DNA of 64,000 nt from a virus (IMGVR_UViG_3300028805_000067:71256-135255), one strand, 5' to 3'. Positions 8,376 to 16,528 are shown, counted from the first letter of the stretch. The notes: generated from the letters alone by a model not told the origin. Program-made: numbers and translations.

Positions 8376-8624
8376 CTAATATTCAATATCCTCGCAGAAT
8401 ACAACAGGCTCTCCGCTGAAGTACTTGTAACCAACAGAGTATTTTCTTTTTAGGATGCAAGCACCTGCCTCGTACCATGTTGCCTCTACATCATCAACAA
8501 TATTCTTGGTGTCTGCACCGAGCAGAAGTGCCTCAGCAGTGCGGTTTGCCTCTTCCCAAGTGGTCCAGAAAGTGGTCTTAACAGCGGTGTTAGTGGTTGT
8601 GTAGGTAAGCATAGTGTTCATCAT
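8376..8624 (-). CDS. hypothetical protein
   Basis: GGAGG RBS before MMNTML; promoter 8664-8692. Confidence 0.7.
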   Translation of the reverse strand: MMNTMLTYTTTNTAVKTTFWTTWEEANRTAEALLLGADTKNIVDDVEATWYEAGACILKRKYSVGYKYFSGEPVVFCEDIEY

Positions 8625-8740
8625 AATTGTTTCCTCCATTGTTCTTTCCTTTTTTCTGATTAAAGTATATCATAAATTGGATATTTTTGCAATAGTCAAA
8701 ATGTACAAAATTTTTAATATTTTTTGTGTACTCTGCACAA

Positions 8741-8947
8741 TCACTGCTTTACTACTGTGATAAGCCTGTTGTAAGTATCGGTAATAACAACCTTGTCATT
8801 TACAAATTTTTCAGCCATTTTGTTTGCGTAAGCATATGCCTGATCATAGTCATTAATCTGAGCTTCGCTAACTACTTTCCAGATGATACCGAAGAAGCCT
8901 TCGCCTTTGTTTCTCATAACCTTTACTTTGTAACCTGTTCCTGTCAT
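8741..8947 (-). CDS. hypothetical protein
   Basis: GGAGG RBS; promoter 8988-9016. Confidence 0.7.
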   Translation of the reverse strand: MTGTGYKVKVMRNKGEGFFGIIWKVVSEAQINDYDQAYAYANKMAEKFVNDKVVITDTYNRLITVVKQ

Positions 8948-9075
8948 ATTTTAATCCTCCGTTTCTTTCTTTCTTTATCTTGACTAAAGTATATCATATT
9001 TTGGGCGTTTTGTCAATAGTTTTGCGCAAAAAAACTTAAAAATTTTTATTTGGAAACATATATAATTAGAAAAAT

Positions 9076-9114
9076 GCGGTTCGGCTACGCAACGCACTGC
9101 CGCAGCCGAACCGC
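9076..9114 (+). repeat. 39-bp GC-rich palindrome H9
   Basis: GCGGTTCGGCT-N17-AGCCGAACCGC. Confidence 0.85.
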
Positions 9115-9206
9115 CCAATAAAAAAAGAGCCAAGTTAGTTTAACTTAGCTCTCTCATGTGATATTCATTTGTTTTACACCTCGTTTCTGAAAACCCCTGT
9201 TGCACC

Positions 9207-9249
9207 TTTTCAAAGCACCCGTAACTGTTTCAGCCAAGCGCCCCTACTT
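9207..9249 (-). ncRNA. structured RNA motif, copy 2
   Basis: See 882-924; lies between promoter 9281-9309 and terminator at about 9119-9152. Confidence 0.6.
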
Positions 9250-9324
9250 AGTGGCTGTTCTTTTCTCTTTTCTTGTCTTTATTATAGCACTCAATATCTA
9301 TTTTGTCAAGTGTTTTTTCACTTT

Positions 9325-9747
9325 TTAAAAAATAATTTTTGCGCCTTTTGTTTCAAGCCAGTAGCCTGCATGACCTGCTTTTATCCATGCATTGATATTT
9401 GCTTTTGTATCATCAATTAGCATCCCATCTTCTTTGATGTAATCTACTTTTTTACCACTACCAACTAAACAAATAAATTTATCACTTGTAATTTCAGGAA
9501 TGTATTTTGCAAGCCAATCAAGTTTGCCAAGTTTAGCATCTTCAGAAGCACAAGCAGTCAGGATGTAAACATTGTTGCCCTGAGCAATCAGCTTACGCAC
9601 AAGATTAACATTTTCTACAAAAGGCTCAAGGTTTGCAATCCATCTTCTCTGCATAACAAGATAACGCTTTGTAGCATCATAAGCCTTGTGGAAGTTAGCA
9701 AGAACACCGTCCATATCAAAATAGTAAGTGGCAATAGTAGTTCTCAT
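9325..9747 (-). CDS. HAD-family 5'(3')-deoxyribonucleotidase-like phosphatase
   Basis: FDMDGVLANF motif I, ILT motif II, K, and LIDD motif IV. Confidence 0.8.
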   Translation of the reverse strand: MRTTIATYYFDMDGVLANFHKAYDATKRYLVMQRRWIANLEPFVENVNLVRKLIAQGNNVYILTACASEDAKLGKLDWLAKYIPEITSDKFICLVGSGKKVDYIKEDGMLIDDTKANINAWIKAGHAGYWLETKGAKIIF

Positions 9748-9892
9748 AGTGACATCCTCCATCTCTTTATCTTGGCTTTATTATACCTCTGACTTGTGAA
9801 TTTGTCAAGTCTGTTTTGTATATTTTTTAAAAAAATTTTTATACAAAAACTGCTGCATAAAAATTTCTTGGAATGGATCAAGTAAAATAAAC

Positions 9893-9931
9893 TCGCTGCC
9901 TTTACGGCATATTCATTTGTAAAGGCAGCGA
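9893..9931 (+). repeat. 39-bp palindrome H10 (variant ends)
   Basis: TCGCTGCCTTTAC-N13-GTAAAGGCAGCGA. Confidence 0.65.
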
Positions 9932-10150
9932 CGAAAAATAGAGAAGCTCTCAAGGTTTTAAAAAATAGTGCTAGAAAGTGTATAGGCGGGGGGTGTATAT
10001 TGGGAAAAGATCCAGCTTTTTTTAAAAAAAGAAAACGCCACCCCCTCTCCCCGTCTAAATCTTTTTTCAATTTATTAAACACAATTTAACTCTCCGCCTA
10101 AATTTTTACTAAAACGACAGCACCTTTATCACTTTTTGCCCAATAAAAAA

Positions 10151-10179
10151 TTGACATCACCTAAAAATTTTGATATAAT
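10151..10179 (+). promoter_or_regulatory. sigma70 promoter of the packaging operon
   Basis: TTGACA-N17-(TG)-TATAAT followed by AAAGGAGG RBS. Confidence 0.8.
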
Positions 10180-10202
10180 TATATCAGAAAGGAGGTTATC
10201 AA

Positions 10203-11291
10203 ATGGCGAAATATAAATACCGTATATTAGATAAATCTTTAAAAACACCAGAAGAAAGAACTCAACTAGTTAACACTATATGCGAAGAAACCCCGCCTGA
10301 GTTCTTAACACCATATTACTGCACAACATTAGCAGATTATATATTAGAAGCATTACCTAAAAAAGAAAAATTATCCCACTATATCACCACTAAATACCGC
10401 CAAGTAACTCTTAACAAAAGAGAAACATCATATCAAGGCATGGCGGAAAAGCTTGAAGGCGGCGAAGATAGTATTTACAATTTAATTAGCGACTATGGCA
10501 AAGAACAATATCTTGATAATAAGGAAGATGAGCCCTTCCCTCAAGAACTACTAAACGAAAGTGCGGAGTTGCGGGTACTGCGCGAGGAAATAGACGATGT
10601 TTTACGACAACTTGCTACATCAACCGGCATGCGGCGTTCAGCCCTTCGCCGCCAACTCATAGAAATGCGGCAGCAGCAATACGACATCCGCGCTTCTTAC
10701 ATCAAACCCTACCGCACCACATCTATCACTCGTTCTTTTTCTCAATTGGATTTAAACGAAACTATTACAGTCAATGCGGATGGTAGTCTGACAACGAATG
10801 GATTATGTTCAATGCTGAATCCAAAACATGTCGCCGCAGTCCTTGCCAACTATGAAAGTTTACAACAACATTCATACGGCAAGTTTAACAGCGACAGCTG
10901 GTACTTCATGATGGACTTCACTAAACTCTTCGAGCAAGACTTTAAGGCGGCAAACCCTATGTATTACGATATCGCAAGGATGAAGATAGACGGCTGCAGC
11001 AACGCGGAAATCCGTACTATGCTTGACAACAAATACCATATAGTTCATTCAATTGAATACATTTCTACCCTTTGGACAAAGAAAATTCCTGCGGCGGTCG
11101 CTGCTCTGGCGGAGGAGCAATACATAGATTGGTACTTCACCTACAAGGTTAAAGGTAAATATAAAAAATGTAATAGATGTGGGCAAATTAAATTAGCTTT
11201 ACCTCGTTATTTTTCAAAGAATTCAAGTAGCAAAGATGGACTTTATTCCATTTGCAAAGATTGCAGAAACAATAAAGGAGGAGACAAATAA
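10203..11291 (+). CDS. putative DNA-binding/regulatory protein with C-terminal Zn ribbon
   Basis: HTH-like SNAEIRTMLDNKY..EYISTLW and CNRC..CKDC; first gene of the packaging operon. Confidence 0.55.
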   Translation: MAKYKYRILDKSLKTPEERTQLVNTICEETPPEFLTPYYCTTLADYILEALPKKEKLSHYITTKYRQVTLNKRETSYQGMAEKLEGGEDSIYNLISDYGKEQYLDNKEDEPFPQELLNESAELRVLREEIDDVLRQLATSTGMRRSALRRQLIEMRQQQYDIRASYIKPYRTTSITRSFSQLDLNETITVNADGSLTTNGLCSMLNPKHVAAVLANYESLQQHSYGKFNSDSWYFMMDFTKLFEQDFKAANPMYYDIARMKIDGCSNAEIRTMLDNKYHIVHSIEYISTLWTKKIPAAVAALAEEQYIDWYFTYKVKGKYKKCNRCGQIKLALPRYFSKNSSSKDGLYSICKDCRNNKGGDK

Positions 11292-11293
11292 CA

Positions 11294-12595
11294 ATGCCAA
11301 ATAAATTATATTGTCCACGATGTAACAAGGAGAAGGCGGAGGTGCAGTTCTTTAAGCTGCGTAATAACAAAGGTTTTTTTGAACTCTGCAAGGAATGTAC
11401 TTGTGCGCACATAGATAACTTTAATCCAGACACTTTTCTTTGGATACTTGAAAAGGCGGATGTACCTTGGGTGGAAACAGAATGGGTTAAAATTAGAGAT
11501 AAAACCATTCGTGAAAAAGGATATGAAGGTCTTAAAAATACTTCAGTAGTTGGAAAATATTTAGCTAAAATGCGTATTAATACATTTGCTAAATATACCT
11601 GGGCGGACAGTGCTAAATTTGCGGAGGACCAGAATGAGAAGCGGAAGGCCGCGCTTGAACAGATTGAAGCTAGAAAACAAATGTTAGAGCAAGACTTAAA
11701 TGAGGGAAGAATATCACAAGAAGAGTATGAGCTATTATCGTCCGCTCCTGATGTGACGCCTGAGGAAGAGCATTTTGCGCCGCCTACCGAAGAAATGCTT
11801 GCGGAAATCGCCGCTAAAGGTGCACAGCAAGCTAGTACTAATAATTCTGGCACTGGTCCGGTTACAATGAACTTCTTTGACGAAAAAAATTATATTCCAG
11901 AAGAAGAAATACCAGACCCCGCCGCAGATATGAGCCAAGAGCTAAAAATAGCATTGGTGCAAAAATGGGGTAGATTATATTCACCACAAGAACTTCTTGC
12001 TCTTGAAAATTATTATCAAGAAATGATGGCATCCTTTGATATTCATGATGCGGATACTCTTAATACACTTCGTCTATTGTCTAAAACAGTTCTAAAAATG
12101 GACCAAGCTATGGACCGCGGTGATACTGATACATATTTAAAACTGTCAAAAGTAGCAGATATGCAACGAAAATCCGCAAAATTTACAGCGGCACAGAATA
12201 AGGCAGATAACATTAATACATTTGATTCAGTTGGCGCGGTGGTAGCTTTATGCGAAAAAGAAGGAGATTTTATTCCTAGATATATTCCAGATGATAAATA
12301 CCCACAAGATAAAATTGATTTGACTTTAAAAGATACGCAGCAATATCTGTATAACTTGGTTACAGAAGATCTAGGTTTCAGTCAGCAACTAGAAAATGCT
12401 ATTAAGAATCTACAGAATAGACAACAGGCGGAGGCCCTTGCTGAAAAAGAAGCAGAGCTAGATAATTATTATAACGCCGACCGCCATATTTTAGATGATG
12501 AGTCATTTGAAGATTTCTATGCCTCAGTAGAAGAACAGCGTGCGGCGGATGCTGGTATCACTGCTGCACTTGATTTATCTAATGCGGAGGTATGA
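11294..12595 (+). CDS. putative terminase small subunit (N-terminal Zn finger)
   Basis: CPRC..CKEC; immediately upstream of and overlapping terL. Confidence 0.55.
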   Translation: MPNKLYCPRCNKEKAEVQFFKLRNNKGFFELCKECTCAHIDNFNPDTFLWILEKADVPWVETEWVKIRDKTIREKGYEGLKNTSVVGKYLAKMRINTFAKYTWADSAKFAEDQNEKRKAALEQIEARKQMLEQDLNEGRISQEEYELLSSAPDVTPEEEHFAPPTEEMLAEIAAKGAQQASTNNSGTGPVTMNFFDEKNYIPEEEIPDPAADMSQELKIALVQKWGRLYSPQELLALENYYQEMMASFDIHDADTLNTLRLLSKTVLKMDQAMDRGDTDTYLKLSKVADMQRKSAKFTAAQNKADNINTFDSVGAVVALCEKEGDFIPRYIPDDKYPQDKIDLTLKDTQQYLYNLVTEDLGFSQQLENAIKNLQNRQQAEALAEKEAELDNYYNADRHILDDESFEDFYASVEEQRAADAGITAALDLSNAEV

Positions 12596-14358
12596 TTATG
12601 GATGTTATTGAACAAGAATTACAACAATTTATTAAAATTGATAATAATTTAAAAAAGATAGGTATTTCACAAGCGCGTATTGAAGCTTGTATGCCAAAAC
12701 TGCGTAAACAAATTGCATTTTGGCGAGAGTATCCTGATTTATTTGTAGACTTTATGTGCGGCATAGATGCTGAAGGCGGAAAACCAAAAGAAACATTAAA
12801 TCTATTCTTTTATCAGCGTGTATTTTTGCGAGCGGCTATTCGTCATAGACTGGCCTATTGTGTTTTTCCACGAGCCTATTCTAAATCCTTTCTTAGCTTT
12901 TTAACGCTAATAGTTAGATGTATTTTATATCCTGGTGCTCAATTGTTCGTTACTACTGGTGGTAAAGCTCAGGCAGCTAGTATAGCAAAAGAAAAAGTTA
13001 ATGAAATTTGCTATCTTGTACCTGGTTTCCATAATGAGATTAACTGGACAAGAGGCGCATCTAAAGAAAGTAAAGATTATGTAGAATATATATTCAAAAA
13101 TGGTAGTAATTTAGCGGTTGTCGCTACCAGTAATGCTACGCGTGGTCAGCGTAAAACAGGTGGCTTAATGGAAGAGGTAATTCTTATAGATGGCCAGCTT
13201 TTGAATGAAGTTATCTTACCTTTGATGAATGTAGATAGACTTTTGCCAAATGGAACTAGACATGAAGAAGAAAATGTAAATAAATCACAAATATATATTA
13301 CGACTGCAGGCTTCAAACAAACATTTGCTTATCAGAAGCTGATTGAAATAGTTATTCAGCAGCTTATTAACCCAGACGCCGCGATTGTTTTAGGTGGAAC
13401 ATGGCGGGTTCCGGTAATGGAACATTTGCTTTCTAAAAATTTTGTAAATGAATTAAAAGATGCTGGAACATATAATGAGGATTCATTTGCACGAGAATAT
13501 GAGTCGCACTGGGTGGGGGATTCAGAAAATGCTTTCTTTTCTTCTGACAGCTTTGATAAAAATAGAATTTTATTACAGCCTGAATATGAATATTCTGGAA
13601 GAACTTCTAAATCTGGATATTATATATTATCTGTCGATGTAGGTCGTAAAGGTTGTACTTCTGAAGTGTGCGTATGGAAAGTTACACCACAAGTACAAGG
13701 AGCAAGTTTAAAATCATTAGTAATGTTATATTCTTATGATGAAGAACATTTTGGTCTGCAAGCTGCTCACTTAAAAAATTTATATTATAAATATAAAGCT
13801 AGACGGTTAATCATAGATGCCAATGGTCTTGGTATTGGTTTAGTAGACTTTATGGTAATCCCAACTACAGATCCTGATACTGGAGATGTTTATCCACCAT
13901 TTGGTGTAGATAATGATGAAGATGGTACATATAAAAAATTTAAAACTAGTGATATGGAGGCTAATGCTATGTGGCTGATTAAAGCTAATGCGCCTATAAA
14001 TACTGAAGCACATACAAATGCACAGACTCAATTGTCTAGTGGCAAAATAAAGCTATTAATAGACCAAAATACAGCTAAAGCTAAATTATTAGCTACTAAG
14101 CGTGGGCAAGAAATGACAGTAGAAGAAAGAAATAAATATTTACAGCCTTATGTAATGACATCTATTTTAAAAGAACAAATGGGTAATCTTATAGAGGAAA
14201 ATGAAGGTATTAATATTATATTAAAACAAAAAAACAAGGCAGTTTCTAAAGATAGGTTTTCTGCTTTTGAATATGGTTTATATTACATTAAGTTAGAAGA
14301 AGATTCTAAAAAGCGTAGAAAAGGTAATCGTATGGCTGATATAATGTTTTGGAATTAA
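12592..14358 (+). CDS. terL: terminase large subunit
   Basis: FYQ Q-motif, PRAYSKS Walker A variant, LMEE Walker B, YITTAG coupling motif, LSVDVGR and KDRFSA nuclease motifs. Confidence 0.92.
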   Translation: MIMDVIEQELQQFIKIDNNLKKIGISQARIEACMPKLRKQIAFWREYPDLFVDFMCGIDAEGGKPKETLNLFFYQRVFLRAAIRHRLAYCVFPRAYSKSFLSFLTLIVRCILYPGAQLFVTTGGKAQAASIAKEKVNEICYLVPGFHNEINWTRGASKESKDYVEYIFKNGSNLAVVATSNATRGQRKTGGLMEEVILIDGQLLNEVILPLMNVDRLLPNGTRHEEENVNKSQIYITTAGFKQTFAYQKLIEIVIQQLINPDAAIVLGGTWRVPVMEHLLSKNFVNELKDAGTYNEDSFAREYESHWVGDSENAFFSSDSFDKNRILLQPEYEYSGRTSKSGYYILSVDVGRKGCTSEVCVWKVTPQVQGASLKSLVMLYSYDEEHFGLQAAHLKNLYYKYKARRLIIDANGLGIGLVDFMVIPTTDPDTGDVYPPFGVDNDEDGTYKKFKTSDMEANAMWLIKANAPINTEAHTNAQTQLSSGKIKLLIDQNTAKAKLLATKRGQEMTVEERNKYLQPYVMTSILKEQMGNLIEENEGINIILKQKNKAVSKDRFSAFEYGLYYIKLEEDSKKRRKGNRMADIMFWN

Positions 14359-14417
14359 ATTTGGACTAAAATATAAAATCAACATATTATATTTTTAAAA
14401 AACAGTAGGAGGATAAA

Positions 14418-14774
14418 ATGAAAGCAAGTAGAGGCGAAATTACAATATGTGAAATTTTAACTATGAATGGAATTAATTTTCAAGAAGAATATAGTTTTCC
14501 TGATTTGGTATCAAGCCACGGTGTACCATTAAGATTTGACTTTGCTGTATTTGATGATGATGGAGATATTGATTTTTTAATAGAATATCAAGGTATTCAA
14601 CATTATAAACCAAAAGATAAATTTGGCGGTATGGCGGGCTTGGTTAAGCAGCAGTATAACGATATGTTGAAAAGAGAATACTGCAAAAAACATAATTTGA
14701 ATTTAGTAATTATTCCTTATACAGATGAAGGAAGATTAAGTTATGATTATATAATGCGGGCGGCTGGTTATTAA
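14418..14774 (+). CDS. free-standing Vsr/DUF559-like PD-(D/E)xK endonuclease
   Basis: SRGE..RFDFAVF..IEYQGIQHY..KREYC..IIPY; similar to the C-terminus of 38565-39392. Confidence 0.75.
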   Translation: MKASRGEITICEILTMNGINFQEEYSFPDLVSSHGVPLRFDFAVFDDDGDIDFLIEYQGIQHYKPKDKFGGMAGLVKQQYNDMLKREYCKKHNLNLVIIPYTDEGRLSYDYIMRAAGY

Positions 14775-14787
14775 GTCGTCTTGAAAG

Positions 14788-16446
14788 GTGGTAGAAATGA
14801 TAAATAGAAACATTATACAAACAACGGCTGCCGCCCCAGCAAAAGCATATAGAGATTTAAAAATCAGTTCAATAGATACTGTAAAAGACGCTACTATTCC
14901 TGAGAGCACATTAAAGCGTTTTAATAAAGATTTTGCTGATAAGCAAAAAATTTTGCGTGCAATTCAAAATTATGATATAATTAAATTGCGTGAGTTATCA
15001 AATTTTTATTTTAGCGCAAGCGGTATATATAGTAGATTATGTAGATATATGTCTAATATGTATCGTTTTGACTGGTATATTACTCCATATTTTCCAACTC
15101 ATAAAAATCCTAAAGCATTAGAAATGATGGCGGGTAATAGAGTATTAAGCAAAGAAGAACAAAAAGCTGTTGATACTTTTTATAATGTGCTTGAGTTTAT
15201 GGATAGATTTGAAGTAAAAAAGAATTTTCAAGATATTGCTTCTGTTGTAGTGCGTGAAGGCTGTTATTATGGTTATATTGTTGACGCACCAGATATGGTA
15301 ATGATACAAGAACTGCCTATTAAATATTGCAGGTCTAGATTTAATCATTTAGGCAAGCCTACCGTAGAATTTAACATGGCATATTTTGATGATGAATTTT
15401 CAGATGATTTAGCTAGAAAAGAGGTTTTAAAACTTTATCCACCAGAGTTTGCGGATGCTTATAAAAAATATAAAGCTGGTAAAATTAAGCCTGTTTTTAG
15501 TGGTGATACTGGCAGTTGGCATCTGCTAGATAGACAACGAGCTTTTAAGATAAATACTGGCGGCAGTGGGGCCGGTGGCGTAACAGATATGCCATTTTTA
15601 ATTTCTGTTATTCCCGCAATCATAGATTTAGATGAAACTCAAGATTTGGCTAAACAAAAATTACAACAAGAACTTATTAAATTAGTTGTACAAAAATTGC
15701 CACTTGATAAAAATAGTGAAATGGTATTTGATCCAGACGAAGCAAAGGATATACATAAGAATGCAGTGCAAATGGTTGCTAAAGCAGTAGGTGTTAATGT
15801 ACTTACTACTTTTGCAGATGTATCTGTAAATAGTTTAACTGAAAGCTCTCAGTCTAGTGTAACTGAAACCGTACTGGACTCCGCAAAAGATAATGTTTTT
15901 GATGAGGCCGGTGTATCACAGATGCAATTTAACTCTGATAACTCTGTTTCTCTTGAAAAATCTATATTAAATGATGAAGCTTCTTTGTATAATATGATTT
16001 TGCAATTGGAAAGATTGTTAAATGATATATTGGAATTAAAATGGAATAATAAAAAGAAATATTGGTTTAAGGCTCAAATACTTTCTACAACTATTTATAA
16101 TTATAAAGAAATGAGTAAATTGTATAAAGAGCAAACTCAATTAGGTTTCTCTAAAATGTTACCGCAAGTTGCTCTTGGACAGAGTCAAAGTTCTATTTTG
16201 GCAAATGTTAAATTTGAGAATGAAATGTTGCAACTTTGGGATCTGTTTATACCTCCTCTTATGAGTTCTACTATGTCTGGTGATTTCTTAAATAATAGAA
16301 CAGAAGGTACTGGTAAAGGCGGAAGTAAGAGTGTTGGCGGTGGCGGAACAGCTGGTGAAGAAAGTAAAGAAGCTGGCAGGCCTACCAATGAGTCACAAGG
16401 TAAACCGACTTCCGAAAAAACAGCAGCTAATAAGGAAGCGCAATAG
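14788..16446 (+). CDS. portal protein
   Basis: 552 aa, located between terL and the protease; SPbeta-like gene order. Confidence 0.8.
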   Translation: MVEMINRNIIQTTAAAPAKAYRDLKISSIDTVKDATIPESTLKRFNKDFADKQKILRAIQNYDIIKLRELSNFYFSASGIYSRLCRYMSNMYRFDWYITPYFPTHKNPKALEMMAGNRVLSKEEQKAVDTFYNVLEFMDRFEVKKNFQDIASVVVREGCYYGYIVDAPDMVMIQELPIKYCRSRFNHLGKPTVEFNMAYFDDEFSDDLARKEVLKLYPPEFADAYKKYKAGKIKPVFSGDTGSWHLLDRQRAFKINTGGSGAGGVTDMPFLISVIPAIIDLDETQDLAKQKLQQELIKLVVQKLPLDKNSEMVFDPDEAKDIHKNAVQMVAKAVGVNVLTTFADVSVNSLTESSQSSVTETVLDSAKDNVFDEAGVSQMQFNSDNSVSLEKSILNDEASLYNMILQLERLLNDILELKWNNKKKYWFKAQILSTTIYNYKEMSKLYKEQTQLGFSKMLPQVALGQSQSSILANVKFENEMLQLWDLFIPPLMSSTMSGDFLNNRTEGTGKGGSKSVGGGGTAGEESKEAGRPTNESQGKPTSEKTAANKEAQ

Positions 16447-16528
16447 TAAAATTTTTTGGACAGGCTGTTATAAAACAGTCTGTCTAAAAATGATATAATA
16501 TGAATGAATTTGATAAAGGAGAACTGTT

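Larger units (their letters stand above)
657..9808 (-). promoter_or_regulatory. array of 22 co-oriented sigma70/sigmaA promoters
   Basis: TTGACA-like N17 TATAAT-like boxes, often with an extended -10 TG, at 657-685, 838-866, 954-982, 1052-1080, 2472-2500, 2572-2600, 3479-3507, 4342-4370, 5108-5136, 5508-5536, 6089-6117, 6333-6361, 6679-6707, 6893-6921, 7279-7307, 7659-7687, 7926-7954, 8224-8252, 8664-8692, 8988-9016, 9281-9309, 9780-9808. Confidence 0.9.

Noticed and set aside
1175-9931. CRISPR array or tandem repeat explanation for the periodic palindromes
   Set aside because: Copies share almost no primary sequence, are about 0.9 kb apart and are separated by genes; no cas genes are present
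182-10082. Plus-strand and overlapping ORFs in the early region (e.g. 182-388, 712-939, 3994-4341, 7326-7619, 9169-9420, and minus-strand 990-1232, 5372-5693, 8249-8434, 9744-10082)
   Set aside because: Shadow frames without an RBS, running antisense to RBS-supported genes or across promoters and hairpins; the shared RNCFSQ peptide in two of them only reflects the 43-nt RNA repeat
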